64,000 nt of DNA from the IMG/VR virus record IMGVR_UViG_3300028197_000002, one strand, 5' to 3'. Made by a program: the position numbers and the translations under genes. The notes below the pieces were generated by a model. It had not been told where the DNA came from, made no database searches, and was given only the letters and a program-made list of their open reading frames with translations. Of the stretch, positions 1-10,432 are shown one piece after another (position 1 is the first letter of the stretch; every line of letters begins with the position of its first letter). This stretch comes from a virus (taxonomy: Duplodnaviria; Caudoviricetes).

Positions 1-118
1 AGCAACATATTTTTGCTCATCTTCATTCCAATGTAGATCATCAGCCGGAATTATTTTATTTATAATTTCTTTTTGACTCATTCAAACATTATATTGTAAT
101 TAAATATTAAATCAACAT

Positions 119-1237
119 TTAATGTTCATGATAATGTTCAAAAGACATGTCAGAATGCCCATGATCATGTTTTAATGGAAGCTTTTTAAAAGAACTTAAA
201 TTAAATTCAGGAGGATTTTCTTCTTGGGCAATGTTAAAACATAGCTCAAATGCATATTTAGCTACCATTTCCAAACCTTTATAATTAAGTCTTTCTGGAT
301 CATCTTCTGGCGTATGGTAGTACTTGTTCCCTCCTGTGTGAAGGAAGGCAACGGGAATTTTTTTATTATAAAAACATGCATGGTCAGATCCACCGCCACC
401 CCGCGCAGTTATTTTTTTTGCAAATTTATATTTCTCATTTAATTTTTCAATATTATTTGTAATATCAACAGAACTATTCGCATTTAAAAAAGAAGCTTGA
501 TAATATCCTTGATTTAAAAAACCAACCATATCCATGTTTATCATTGCGACATGCTTTTTTATATCTGGGTTCGCTTGAGGAAATTTAGGATTTTCAACAT
601 AGTGTTTAGACCCAAGCAATCCCATTTCTTCGCCACTATAAGCTTGAAAAACAACCGTTCTTTTAAGCTTAAGTTTGCTCATAGCTTCCGCTATTTCTAA
701 TAGCGCAGAGGTTCCAGATGCATTGTCATCAGCTCCATTATGTATTGCTATTCTTTTTGAACGACTCATTTTAGGTCCATATCCAATATGATCCATATGG
801 GCGCCTATAACTATAATTTCATTTTTCAAAACAGGATCCTGACCTTCAATCCAAGCATAGATGTTTTGTGTAAAATTGTCTCCCTTTTCATCTTTAGGAC
901 CCAAATTGACTCTTGAAATTTTAAATTTATCATACATGGTGGGCAATCCATAACTTTCAAATTCAGATTTTATGTATTCGGCGGCTTTTACATTGCCTTT
1001 TTTTCCGCTCATTCTACCTTCTAAATCATCTGATGCTAAAAAATACACATGTTCCTTGCATTCCTTTTCAGTGATCGTTTCAACTCCTTTTTTATCAGGC
1101 TTTGATGGCTCTTTGATATTTTGATTTTGGCTTTGATTTAAATTATTTAAATTTTCTTTACTCTTATAAACATAGAAAAATGCTAAAAATAAAATAAACA
1201 CAATATAGACTAAAACTAAATTACTTTTTATTTTCAT
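119..1237 (-). CDS. M28 family metallopeptidase with N-terminal membrane anchor
   Basis: Motifs IVIGAHMDH, GADDNASG, GEEMGLLGS, INMDMVG, SDH, YYHTPEDD; hydrophobic N-terminus. Confidence 0.9.
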   Translation of the reverse strand: MKIKSNLVLVYIVFILFLAFFYVYKSKENLNNLNQSQNQNIKEPSKPDKKGVETITEKECKEHVYFLASDDLEGRMSGKKGNVKAAEYIKSEFESYGLPTMYDKFKISRVNLGPKDEKGDNFTQNIYAWIEGQDPVLKNEIIVIGAHMDHIGYGPKMSRSKRIAIHNGADDNASGTSALLEIAEAMSKLKLKRTVVFQAYSGEEMGLLGSKHYVENPKFPQANPDIKKHVAMINMDMVGFLNQGYYQASFLNANSSVDITNNIEKLNEKYKFAKKITARGGGGSDHACFYNKKIPVAFLHTGGNKYYHTPEDDPERLNYKGLEMVAKYAFELCFNIAQEENPPEFNLSSFKKLPLKHDHGHSDMSFEHYHEH

Positions 1238-1421
1238 TAGATTCTTTTTCCTTTTGGTCTTTGTTTGTTGAATTTCTATTCCACCATTTTTTCAATAGCT
1301 TTTCTGTCCAAAAACCAACTACAGCTTGAAGCGCCCCTCCAGCTACTACTTGGAATATATTTATAGAAACTATTGTCTCAATGAATTTTTTTTCTTTTTC
1401 TTTTTCTTTTTCATTTTCCAT
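1221..1421 (-). CDS. small hypothetical membrane protein
   Basis: 66 aa ORF with one hydrophobic segment, overlapping the start of the M28 gene. Confidence 0.55.
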   Translation of the reverse strand: MENEKEKEKEKKFIETIVSINIFQVVAGGALQAVVGFWTEKLLKKWWNRNSTNKDQKEKESNENKK

Positions 1422-1442
1422 TGTAATTATATATATTTTAAT

Positions 1443-3260
1443 ATGAAAGAATCTTTACCTAATAATTTGCCGAATAATCTGATTTATCCAAAAGAATCTT
1501 TTGAGGATTTTTACTTTAGGTTCAAAACACCTAGGGAAATGATTACTCATGATGACTGGAAAGAAATATATGCCAATTTTTATAATTTAGAAAATTGTGA
1601 ATTAGACATCCCAATAGGAGAAACTACCAATGATTTAAATTCTTTCTCCGCTGAGGAACAAATACAAGAAGTAATAAAATGTGCAAAAAACTTTTTTTAT
1701 TTTTGTCATAGGTATGTAAAAATTCTTCATCCAAAATTCGGAACAATTCCTTTTATTCCTTACAAGTATCAAAGAAGAACCATTAACTGTTTTGACAATC
1801 ATAGATTCAACATGATTTCTAAATTCCGACAAGGAGGTTTAACTACGGTAACTGTTTTATGGTGCTTGTGGAAATGCATGTATCAAAAAGATCAACAAAT
1901 ATTTGTTCTTTCTAAAACAGATAGAGAAGCTCTTGCTGCTGGAGAGATTGCAAAAAGAGCAATGGATAATTTCCCTTATTGGATGTACGACTCTAGTAAA
2001 GCTGATCTTACAAAACATGAAAAAAAATTCGATGACCTAGGATCTAAGATATGTTTCTATACTCCTGAAGCAGCTCGTGGTAAATCTGCCACATACATTG
2101 TTATTGATGAAGCGGCATTTATAGAAAAAATGGAAGACCATTGGAAATCAATGTACCCAGTTATTGCTACTGGTGGACACATAGAAATAATTTCTACTGT
2201 TAATGGCTTAGGAAACTGGTATGAAGAAACTTATCATGAAGCAGAAGCAGGAAGAAATTTTTTCAATATAATTGATTTAGATTATTGGGAACATCCAACT
2301 TATGCAAATCCTTCATGGGCAAAAGAAATGAAAGCCAACTTAGGAGAAAAAGGTTGGCAACAAGAAGTTTTAAGAAGCTTTTTAGGATCAGGTGAAACTT
2401 ACATTAGTCCAGAGGCAGTTTCCAAATTAGACCAGTTAACAAAATACAACAATCCTTTGAGATCAACTTTTGAAAAATGGACTAACGAAGATCAAATTAA
2501 AAATGATGAAGTAGATGGAGCTTTGTGGATTTGGAAAGAACCTGTCGATGGCAATGAATACATAATAGGAGCAGACTGTGCTGAAGGCGTAGGATCAGAA
2601 GGAGACAACTCCTGTTTCCAAATAATTGACGCTATAAATTTAGAACAAGTTGCAGAATTTTACAGCAACTTAGTTCCACCTAATATGTTTGCTCAGATAT
2701 TAAATCAAATAGGCGTTTATTATAACTCTGCTACGGTGATAATTGAAAACAATTCGATTGGAGGGGCAGTGTTAAATTCGTTGTGTAATGATTTGGCATA
2801 TGAATCTATTTTTTATGAATACAAAAAAACTACTGCTGGGAAGCCCGGGATTAAAGTAACTTCTGCCAACCGGTCTATAATATTGGAAACATTACAACAT
2901 AAAATAATGCAAGGAAGTATAAAAATAAATAGCAAAAGATTTGTCAATGAATTAAAAACTTTTATTTTCAATGCTCAAAGAAAAAGAGCAGAAGCAGTCA
3001 AAGGCAAGCATGACGATGCAGTAATGGCTTTGTGTTTTGCTTTATACGCAAGAGATGAAAGAATGAGAGGCTTACCTGTCGGAGGGGAAACAGAAGGGGT
3101 TATAACTATTGGTGGAGGTTCCTTAGAAGAAATAAAAAATGAGATACTAGAGGGTGGAGTTGAGGGCTGGTCTTTTAACAAAGATGAAAAACCAAAAAGC
3201 AACTTTGACCTTGATTTCAAAAGACCTAAAGATGACGTATTAAAGGAGTTCGGATGGTAA
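1443..3260 (+). CDS. terL: terminase large subunit (T4 gp17-like)
   Basis: Walker A-like KFRQGGLTT, Walker B IVIDEAAF, nuclease IIGADCAEG and HDDAVMAL; start moved to ATG 1443 because the 1326 extension is a poly-Phe shadow of the opposite-strand gene. Confidence 0.93.
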   Translation: MKESLPNNLPNNLIYPKESFEDFYFRFKTPREMITHDDWKEIYANFYNLENCELDIPIGETTNDLNSFSAEEQIQEVIKCAKNFFYFCHRYVKILHPKFGTIPFIPYKYQRRTINCFDNHRFNMISKFRQGGLTTVTVLWCLWKCMYQKDQQIFVLSKTDREALAAGEIAKRAMDNFPYWMYDSSKADLTKHEKKFDDLGSKICFYTPEAARGKSATYIVIDEAAFIEKMEDHWKSMYPVIATGGHIEIISTVNGLGNWYEETYHEAEAGRNFFNIIDLDYWEHPTYANPSWAKEMKANLGEKGWQQEVLRSFLGSGETYISPEAVSKLDQLTKYNNPLRSTFEKWTNEDQIKNDEVDGALWIWKEPVDGNEYIIGADCAEGVGSEGDNSCFQIIDAINLEQVAEFYSNLVPPNMFAQILNQIGVYYNSATVIIENNSIGGAVLNSLCNDLAYESIFYEYKKTTAGKPGIKVTSANRSIILETLQHKIMQGSIKINSKRFVNELKTFIFNAQRKRAEAVKGKHDDAVMALCFALYARDERMRGLPVGGETEGVITIGGGSLEEIKNEILEGGVEGWSFNKDEKPKSNFDLDFKRPKDDVLKEFGW

Positions 3261-3499
3261 ATAAAAAAGCAATAATTGAAATATTAGAAAGAATTCCGGT
3301 AAGTGCAAAAACTAGAAATTTAATATTTCATCTAAATGAAGCAATAAAAGAAATTGAAAAAAATGAAAATTTTAAAGAAGTAAAAAAGAAAACAAAAAAT
3401 GAAAATGAAAATAAAAATTTCCAGAATTTAACCAAAAGTAGTTATGACCAAATTATAAACACTATAGAAAATCTTGTAGAAGAAGAAAAACAAAGCTAA
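3254..3499 (+). CDS. hypothetical protein
   Basis: 81 aa ORF overlapping the terminase stop. Confidence 0.6.
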   Translation: MVNKKAIIEILERIPVSAKTRNLIFHLNEAIKEIEKNENFKEVKKKTKNENENKNFQNLTKSSYDQIINTIENLVEEEKQS

Positions 3500-3773
3500 T
3501 CAAGTCAAAGTCTTATGTTCACAGGAGTTTTTGAAATTCATTTAGTTTTAAGCAAGTTTTTAATGAAAGTATTCGAAGTTTCAATTATCCAAAAAGCGAA
3601 AAATAATAAACGATGATGTGATAGTATTTTCATTCTAGAAAAAATTTTTTGTTAGTTTTCGAATGTAGTGAAAATGTTGTTTTTTGGTTGCAAAAGTTAT
3701 AAAAAGCAATATTTTTTAAAATATGAAAAGTATATAAAGGTAGAAGGATTCTATTAATTTTCAAGGAGGAAAA

Positions 3774-4124
3774 ATGGTAAACCCATTGCAAAGATTGCAG
3801 TTAGCTGAACAACAGCTTAAAAAACTTGAGGCATTGGAAACAGAATCAAATGGCTCAAATGAAATAAGCACAATAAATTCAATTAACTCAAACGTACAAA
3901 GTTTTTCAACTGGAGGCGAAGAGCTTGAGAGATTAGAAGAAATAACAGGGACAAATGATTTTCAATCTTTTGTTTTAGTTCCAGATGTCATTCCTAAAAG
4001 ATGGTGTCCAGAAGTAGTTCCAAAAGTCAATACTGATGCAGATGTCACAACAGTAGTATTTAATATTTTTTCTGACCCCTCTGAGCCTGAAGGCCTTTTA
4101 GTGGTTAATGGAGGTACGCCTTAA
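3774..4124 (+). CDS. hypothetical protein, probably virion-associated (ends NGGTP)
   Basis: Strong SD (AAGGAGG); shares the C-terminal GGTP with the next gene. Confidence 0.7.
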   Translation: MVNPLQRLQLAEQQLKKLEALETESNGSNEISTINSINSNVQSFSTGGEELERLEEITGTNDFQSFVLVPDVIPKRWCPEVVPKVNTDADVTTVVFNIFSDPSEPEGLLVVNGGTP

Positions 4125-4157
4125 AAATAAATAAATAAATAAATAGGAGTTCATAAA

Positions 4158-6581
4158 ATGCCTGTAGAAACACTGATTAAAATTAGAAGAGGCAGCGACA
4201 CCTCTTGGACTACTGCAAATCCAACTTTGGCACTTGGAGAACCAGGGTTTAATACAACTAGTAATAGAATTAGAGTTGGAGATGGAACCCTAGCTTGGAG
4301 TGCTTTAGATTATATCGGAAGCGATAAAGCCGATACTAGCGTAGTAACCGAAATTGATGGTAACGTTGATGATCTTATCACTTTAAGTGGTGTTGTTGAA
4401 AATTCCACTGATCTTGGAACATTTACTGGCACTACAATTGCCGACAACGAAACAGTAAAAGGTGCTCTTCAAGATCTTGAAACAGCACTTGATACAAAAG
4501 CCAGTATTTCTGTAGTAACTGAAATTGATGGTAACGTTGATGATCTTATCACTTTAAGTGGTGTTGCTGAAAACGCTACTGATCTTGGAACATTCACTGG
4601 CACTACGATTACTGATGACGAAACAGTAAAAGGTGCTTTGCAAGAACTTGAAACTTACATAGAAACTATAGCTGGTGGCGGTTCTGCGGCTACAACTATA
4701 GCAACTCAATCAGACTCTACAGACGCAACTTTTTACCTTACATTTGTAGCCGATAATAATGTCGGAGCTACGCAGGAATCAGTTAAAACTGATGCGGGTG
4801 TTTCCTATAACCCCAACACAAACACTTTTACAGCTACTAACATCACTACTAGCAGCCTTTCCCTTGGTTCGACTGCAGTTACTTCTACAGCAACTGAACT
4901 AAATGTTCTTGATGGTATTCCAGCAACATTGACCGCAACTGAACTGGGTCATGTTGATGGTGTAACCTCCAGCATTCAAACTCAGTTGGATGCCAAAGCT
5001 GCTAGCTCTGTAGTTGCCAACCTTGTCACTTTAAGTGGCGTTGCTGAAAACGCTACTAATCTTGGAGCATTCACTGGCAATACAATTGCCGACAACGAAA
5101 CAGTAAAAGGTGCACTACAGGATCTTGAAACAGAAGTTGAAACTAAAGCTGCTAGCTCTGTAGTAACCGAAATTGATGGCAACGTTGATGATCTTATCAC
5201 TTTAAGTGGTGTTGCTGAAAACGCTACTAATCTTGGAACATTCACTGGCACTACAATTGCTGACAACGAAACAGTAAAAGGTGCTTTGCAAGATATTGAA
5301 ACTTACATAGAAGCTATAGATGGTGGCACTATTGTTGACAACCTTGTTACTTTAAGTGGTGTTGCTGAAAACGCTACTGATCTTGGAACATTCACTGGCA
5401 CTACAATTTCCGACAACGAAACAGTAAAAGGTGCTCTTCAAGATCTTGAAACAGCAGTTGAAACTAAAGCTAATAGCACTGTAGTAACTGAAATTGATGG
5501 TAACGTTGATGATCTTATCACTTTAAGTGGCGTTGCTGAAAATGCCACTGATCTTGGAACATTCACTGGCACTACAATTGCTGACAGCGAAACAGTAAAA
5601 GGTGCGCTACAGGATCTTGAAACAGCAGTTGAAACTAAAGCTACTCAAGTTGATCTAACCGAAATTGAAGAGAACGTTGATGATCTTATCACTTTAAGTG
5701 GTGTTGCTGAAAACGCTACTGATCTTGGAACATTCACTGGCACTACAATTGCTGACAGCGAAACAGTAAAAGGTGCGCTACAGGATCTTGAAACAGCAGT
5801 TGAAACTAATAGCTCTTTAACTGTCACTGGAGATGGTGGAACTGGAACTATTATTTTTGCTACTGAGAGTTTAAAAATAGCAGGCACAGCCAATGAGATA
5901 GAAACATCCATGGTAACCAACCAATTGCAAGTTGGGCTTCCTGCCTCAATCACAGTCACCGACAATATAACTGTGGGTGGATACATTGCAGGTCCTGCCA
6001 CATTCACAATTGATCCCGCTGCTGTTGGTAACGACACAGGTACAGTTGTTATTGCAGGCAACCTGATTGTTAACGGAACAACAACAACAATTAACTCAAC
6101 TACATTGACAGTTGATGATAAAAACATTGAACTAGGATCGGTTGCTAGTCCAACTGATGTTACTGCGAATGGCGGTGGTATAACACTAAGAGGAGCTACA
6201 GATAAGACTATCATATGGGGATTAGAGGGCGGCTCTTCAACCAGCTGGAATTCTAGTGAGAACTTCAATCTTGTAAGTGGAAAAGAGTATAAAATTGATG
6301 ACACAAGGGTTTTAAATTCAAATTCTCTTGGAAGTGGCGTTCTTAGTTCATCGCTAACAACCGTTGGTACAATTGGTACTGGAACATGGGAAGGAACAGC
6401 CGTTGGTGCTGCTTACGGTGGAACTGGACTTAGCTCATACACTGCTGGGGATCTCGTTTACGCTTCAGGTGCTACAACAATTTCTAAATTGGCCATTGGA
6501 AATGCAAATTACTTCTTGAAAGTCAATTCAGGCGGAACTGCTCCTGAGTGGTCAAATGAAATTGATGGCGGCACACCATAA
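4158..6581 (+). CDS. tail fibre/adhesin with Mtd_N-like N-terminal domain and internal tandem repeats
   Basis: N-terminus LIKIRRGSDTSWTTANPTLALGEPGFNTTSNRIRVGDG (Mtd_N/hyaluronidase-N type); fibre motifs GNLIVNGTTTTINSTTLTVDDKNIELG and GTWEGTAVGAAYGGTG; SD AGGAG. Confidence 0.85.
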   Translation: MPVETLIKIRRGSDTSWTTANPTLALGEPGFNTTSNRIRVGDGTLAWSALDYIGSDKADTSVVTEIDGNVDDLITLSGVVENSTDLGTFTGTTIADNETVKGALQDLETALDTKASISVVTEIDGNVDDLITLSGVAENATDLGTFTGTTITDDETVKGALQELETYIETIAGGGSAATTIATQSDSTDATFYLTFVADNNVGATQESVKTDAGVSYNPNTNTFTATNITTSSLSLGSTAVTSTATELNVLDGIPATLTATELGHVDGVTSSIQTQLDAKAASSVVANLVTLSGVAENATNLGAFTGNTIADNETVKGALQDLETEVETKAASSVVTEIDGNVDDLITLSGVAENATNLGTFTGTTIADNETVKGALQDIETYIEAIDGGTIVDNLVTLSGVAENATDLGTFTGTTISDNETVKGALQDLETAVETKANSTVVTEIDGNVDDLITLSGVAENATDLGTFTGTTIADSETVKGALQDLETAVETKATQVDLTEIEENVDDLITLSGVAENATDLGTFTGTTIADSETVKGALQDLETAVETNSSLTVTGDGGTGTIIFATESLKIAGTANEIETSMVTNQLQVGLPASITVTDNITVGGYIAGPATFTIDPAAVGNDTGTVVIAGNLIVNGTTTTINSTTLTVDDKNIELGSVASPTDVTANGGGITLRGATDKTIIWGLEGGSSTSWNSSENFNLVSGKEYKIDDTRVLNSNSLGSGVLSSSLTTVGTIGTGTWEGTAVGAAYGGTGLSSYTAGDLVYASGATTISKLAIGNANYFLKVNSGGTAPEWSNEIDGGTP
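4338..5807 (+). repeat. seven copies of a 50-59 aa coding repeat (core LITLSGVAENATDLGTFTGTTIADNETVKGALQDLET)
   Basis: First two copies are 171 nt apart (4341 and 4512); five more follow a unique spacer; near-identical DNA. Confidence 0.95.
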
Positions 6582-6612
6582 TTAATTTTTAAAATTTAAA
6601 ATAAATAAATAT

Positions 6613-6649
6613 AAATAAGCATAGGCAAAAGTCTATGCTTATTTTTTTT
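6613..6649 (+). terminator. intrinsic terminator after the fibre gene
   Basis: aaataagcatag ... ctatgcttattt inverted repeat followed by a T-run. Confidence 0.85.
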
Positions 6650-6660
6650 AAGGAGTAAAA

Positions 6661-7005
6661 ATGATATACGAAGCTGAAGGAAAAATAGAAATATTTGGAT
6701 GCGCAAAGGTTACTGTAGAGTTCGATTATCAAGTCGATTATGCAGTAGGACAAAGAGTTTACATAAAACAAAAAGCAAAAACAGAAGGAATCTTAGCTTC
6801 GATAGTAATAAAAGAAACAACAAGAAACGAATATACAGACTTTTCAGGATATGTGGTTGGCTATGTGGATACTTTTAATCGTTTTTGGCTAGAAGAAGAA
6901 CTAGTTGCATTAGCAATCGCTGCTGACCTTGCGAAGCTTTATTGGGCACAAGTTAAGGATGAAGCAGAGCAGCTTATGAAGACTGGCTGTTTCAGTTTTG
7001 ACTAA
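6661..7005 (+). CDS. hypothetical protein
   Basis: 114 aa ORF with SD AAGGAG. Confidence 0.75.
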   Translation: MIYEAEGKIEIFGCAKVTVEFDYQVDYAVGQRVYIKQKAKTEGILASIVIKETTRNEYTDFSGYVVGYVDTFNRFWLEEELVALAIAADLAKLYWAQVKDEAEQLMKTGCFSFD

Positions 7006-7661
7006 TGCTTGAGTTTTTTTTAATATGTCAATTATCAATAGATATTTTAATTAAAAACTTAGGGGATGAAAATTACCAAAATAGAAGAATCGCATACAGT
7101 CAATTAGAAAAAATAGGATATGAAAAAATTGACCATCTAAAAGAAAACATGGATCATGAAGATCTTGAAATAAAGCTTAGTTGTATGCATCTTTATGAGT
7201 CGTATTTTTATATAACTGATGAGGAGGGAGAAATTCCTAGCGTCTGGTTTTTGGATAAAAAAGAAAGATTTCCAAATGGATATAAAATAAAAACTTTCGA
7301 AGATAAATCTTTGTGTTATTTAGAATTCGAAAAAGATGTAGCCTTGGAATATTTTGACAATTATAAAAAATTAGATAATTGCTACGATGACTATTGCGAT
7401 TACATAGAATATTGCGATTGCGTTTTTTACAGAAATGTGCAAACAAGCAAATTAGCAATGAAAGACTACATCAAAGACCAGCTATCAAAAGGAAGAGATA
7501 GAAATGAAATAAAAAAAATAGTAATTGAAGCTTCAAAAAAGATGAAAACTCACAAACTCTATTTCAAAACAAAAGATGCAACGGGAAAGAATTGGGATTG
7601 GTGGCATGAAGCTCCGGGTCCAACAATACTATTGAAAGATTATAAGTATCCGGGATATTAA
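7005..7661 (+). CDS. hypothetical protein with N-terminal HEAT-like helix pair
   Basis: LIKNLGDENYQNRRIAYSQLEKIG resembles HEAT-type repeats; coupled to the upstream gene. Confidence 0.6.
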   Translation: MLEFFLICQLSIDILIKNLGDENYQNRRIAYSQLEKIGYEKIDHLKENMDHEDLEIKLSCMHLYESYFYITDEEGEIPSVWFLDKKERFPNGYKIKTFEDKSLCYLEFEKDVALEYFDNYKKLDNCYDDYCDYIEYCDCVFYRNVQTSKLAMKDYIKDQLSKGRDRNEIKKIVIEASKKMKTHKLYFKTKDATGKNWDWWHEAPGPTILLKDYKYPGY

Positions 7662-8455
7662 TTAATTAGCTTTACAACCTCGTCTACAGAAACATCCCAG
7701 TCTTTTTTTCTTATCACTTTTACTTTTGTATTAAATGGATTCCAATCTTTTTTAAATCGAATATGATTTTTATCATCATACGGATCTCCATACCAAGAAA
7801 CCTGATTGCAACCGCAAAGAGAGGCAAAATGTATTGGTCCACTTGATGGACCAACTATTAAAGTACTAGAAGATAAAACATCTGCGAGTTTTCTTAAAGG
7901 AACTCCTCTTAAATCTTCTCCTCCAATCATAGATGCGCTATTTCTAGTTCCTATTGTGGCTGTTCTTTTATTCTTAAAAAAAGAAGTTAATTCGCTCCAT
8001 TTGGAATCAGACCAATTGCGATAACCGGTTTTATTTTTATTGGTTTTTCGACCATGCCAAACAATGTCATATCCTTTTGTTTTGTTGCCATATTTAAAAT
8101 ATTTTTGATTTTTAAAATTATTAAATAGTGGCTTCTGGTCCAAAACATGCCTATGGTCGTATCGAAGAACAGGTTTGTTTGGCGATATCCATTTATCATT
8201 TCTAAGACGACATTTAAATATCTCTTCAAAGGAAGGAATTTTGTAATCCTTACAATTCCACATGTCTGTTTCTTCACAAAGAATATCTAAAGAAAATATA
8301 TCGTCAGCAAAGTCTTCATAAAGAACTTCATGTCCAGATCTACAAGCAACAACTACTTTTTTATAATTGTTCTTTAAATATCTAATGTGCGCTTGCCAAC
8401 AGAAAAGTTCCCATCCAAATTCTCCGACCCAAGGCCCAGCATATAAAGTGCTCAT
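7658..8455 (-). CDS. glycosyltransferase, GT9/heptosyltransferase-like
   Basis: GPWVGEFGWEL N-terminus; LIVGPSSGPIHFASLCG C-terminal GT-B motif. Confidence 0.7.
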   Translation of the reverse strand: MSTLYAGPWVGEFGWELFCWQAHIRYLKNNYKKVVVACRSGHEVLYEDFADDIFSLDILCEETDMWNCKDYKIPSFEEIFKCRLRNDKWISPNKPVLRYDHRHVLDQKPLFNNFKNQKYFKYGNKTKGYDIVWHGRKTNKNKTGYRNWSDSKWSELTSFFKNKRTATIGTRNSASMIGGEDLRGVPLRKLADVLSSSTLIVGPSSGPIHFASLCGCNQVSWYGDPYDDKNHIRFKKDWNPFNTKVKVIRKKDWDVSVDEVVKLIN

Positions 8456-8459
8456 AAAT

Positions 8460-9191
8460 TCACTTTAAAATTCTAGTCAGTTGTGCTTGGCCCCATTTGG
8501 CATCCGTATTTGCAATATATTTTTTTTCAGAGGCGCAATCTATCGTTAAGTTTTCACTTACTTTTTTTGTAAATGTAGGATTTTTCAATTGACAGTTTTT
8601 TGTTCTAGTGTCATTTCCATGGCCTATGCACATTGTATATTTTGGATCTACAATTCTTAACTCCAATTCATTATGCATTCTGCATCTGAATTGAAAGTTT
8701 GTGTCTTCCATACTCCAACCAAGATTTATGGCCTCGTCATATCCATTAACAGAATAAAAATGTTCTTTTTTACAAGTTATCATTCCGCAAGTCCCAAGGT
8801 TGCCTCTATAGTCAGATTCAGAAGCCGCCAATATTATTCCTTTAGGCTCTTGAAATGTAGTAGCAGTAATTTCACAAAAGTTGGGAACTAAAATATTGTC
8901 ACAATCTAAATTGCACAATAAATCTCCATCCGCTTGTTTGTGCGCTATGTTTTTGGCATGAGCAGCAACCCACCATTTAGCTTCAATAGTTTTATAATAC
9001 TTAACAAGGCCAGAGTCTAAATGCTCCTGTAGATTGTCTCTTACCCAAGAATCCATAGAATCCTTGCTATTGTAATTCAAAAGCACAAACTCTCTGTTTT
9101 TATAACTACTTGAGTTTTCAATGCTCTTTAAATATGTTTCTTTTAAATGAAACAAACGATCCATACATGTTGTGCAAAATGATATCTTCAT
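8460..9191 (-). CDS. glycosyltransferase family 2 (GT-A)
   Basis: KISFCTTCMDRL, NLDCD (DxD), VNGYDEAINLGWSMED; start reassigned to MKISF at 9191. Confidence 0.8.
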   Translation of the reverse strand: MKISFCTTCMDRLFHLKETYLKSIENSSSYKNREFVLLNYNSKDSMDSWVRDNLQEHLDSGLVKYYKTIEAKWWVAAHAKNIAHKQADGDLLCNLDCDNILVPNFCEITATTFQEPKGIILAASESDYRGNLGTCGMITCKKEHFYSVNGYDEAINLGWSMEDTNFQFRCRMHNELELRIVDPKYTMCIGHGNDTRTKNCQLKNPTFTKKVSENLTIDCASEKKYIANTDAKWGQAQLTRILK

Positions 9192-9204
9192 GTAAATATA
9201 TAAA

Positions 9205-9849
9205 TTATTCTTTATCACATTTTTCATTAGTAAAAAAAGCAACCATCGCAGAACGAACATGATCGCCTGCATCTGAATCAACTCTGTTTATAGAATGCCA
9301 AACTCCACCCTTTGTGTAGACTAGTCTATTTGGCTTTGCTGTAATATACATTCCCATGCCACTATGCCCTAAAAAAGAATCTTCAAAAGTATGGTCTAAA
9401 GAAGGGTCTGGAACATTTGCACAAGGAGGAGTTTGAGCCAACATAAGTTCTCCACCCCAAGTAGAAGCCCAATAAGGATGAGTGTAAAATATTCCTGCGC
9501 CTGTGTAGCCTTTGTCATCATGCCAGTTTAACTTAGATCCAGATGGGTAAAGATAATTTCTAATACATATCTCATTCCAATCAGGAACTAAATCTGGGTG
9601 CTGTTTTGAAGTCTCACTAAATACTCGACTAATAGTATCAATTGGATTGTTATAAGGACCTTTGGAATGATGAAACATTTGACTGCCAATAGTCTCTCCA
9701 TCATTTTGTCTCCAAACTTTTGTCCAACCAGATACATGAGGACTGCTATATTTTAGTTGCTGAACAAGTTGCCAAACTTCTGTAAATGCTTCTGGGCTTA
9801 AAACATTGTCATAAACCACACATTTGTCATTTTCAAAAACTTTATCCAT
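9205..9849 (-). CDS. 2OG-Fe(II) oxygenase (prolyl 4-hydroxylase-like)
   Basis: WHDD (HxD), WGGEL, KPNRLV, WHSI, RSAM. Confidence 0.85.
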   Translation of the reverse strand: MDKVFENDKCVVYDNVLSPEAFTEVWQLVQQLKYSSPHVSGWTKVWRQNDGETIGSQMFHHSKGPYNNPIDTISRVFSETSKQHPDLVPDWNEICIRNYLYPSGSKLNWHDDKGYTGAGIFYTHPYWASTWGGELMLAQTPPCANVPDPSLDHTFEDSFLGHSGMGMYITAKPNRLVYTKGGVWHSINRVDSDAGDHVRSAMVAFFTNEKCDKE

Positions 9850-10432
9850 TTGATACTCTCTGATTTAAATTTTTTAAAAAATAATGATACTTTTCATAAC
9901 TTTTGTTTGCTTGTCTAATAATGGTTTCATTTTCAAAATTGGTTGTATTTAAATTAAAAATATCACCATCGTAGTTCAGTTTAATTTCCAGATATTCCTC
10001 TATTAAGGGAAAAGCTTTTTTGCTTTTCAAATCTTCCCAGTTTAAAATTAAACCACTTTTTGTTTTTTTTGCCATTTCGCAAATTCTTCTAAGTCTAAAT
10101 CTATAATAATCTGAGAATCTTTCAATATTTTGATTTGTAGAATTTTTATGTTTTTCAAAAAACTCTCCAAAAGTTCCCCTTGGAGATCTAATTACATAAA
10201 TAAATTTAGAGAATTCATAAAAACTTTTACTGGACAAGTTATAATTTTTTAAAATTTGATCACCAAAAATCTTGTGTTTTTGATTGATAATTGAGTTTAA
10301 GGCCTCCGGGTGGTCATAAATATTATCATCAGACCCTAATTTAAACTCACATCTTGGATTCTTGTTCAATATTTCAGTTAATTCTACGGACCCAGAATAA
10401 AAATGACTTACGATAAAGCAAAAATTTTTCAT
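9842..10432 (-). CDS. divergent sulfotransferase-like protein
   Basis: FIVSHFYSGSVELTEILNKNP and FIYVIRSPRG resemble the 5'- and 3'-PAPS-binding motifs. Confidence 0.5.
   Translation of the reverse strand: MKNFCFIVSHFYSGSVELTEILNKNPRCEFKLGSDDNIYDHPEALNSIINQKHKIFGDQILKNYNLSSKSFYEFSKFIYVIRSPRGTFGEFFEKHKNSTNQNIERFSDYYRFRLRRICEMAKKTKSGLILNWEDLKSKKAFPLIEEYLEIKLNYDGDIFNLNTTNFENETIIRQANKSYEKYHYFLKNLNQRVSNG

Noticed and set aside
1326-1442. N-terminal extension of the terminase ORF with a poly-Phe run
   Set aside because: It is the antisense of the GA-rich start of the 1221-1421 gene; ATG 1443 is the plausible start
3500-3773. 274-nt intergenic gap as a possible RNA
   Set aside because: AT-rich with no convincing stems; explained as promoter region
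4338-5807. CRISPR-like array
   Set aside because: The repeats are long, in frame and protein-coding, without unique spacers; the same applies to the 33-nt repeat at 39601-39747
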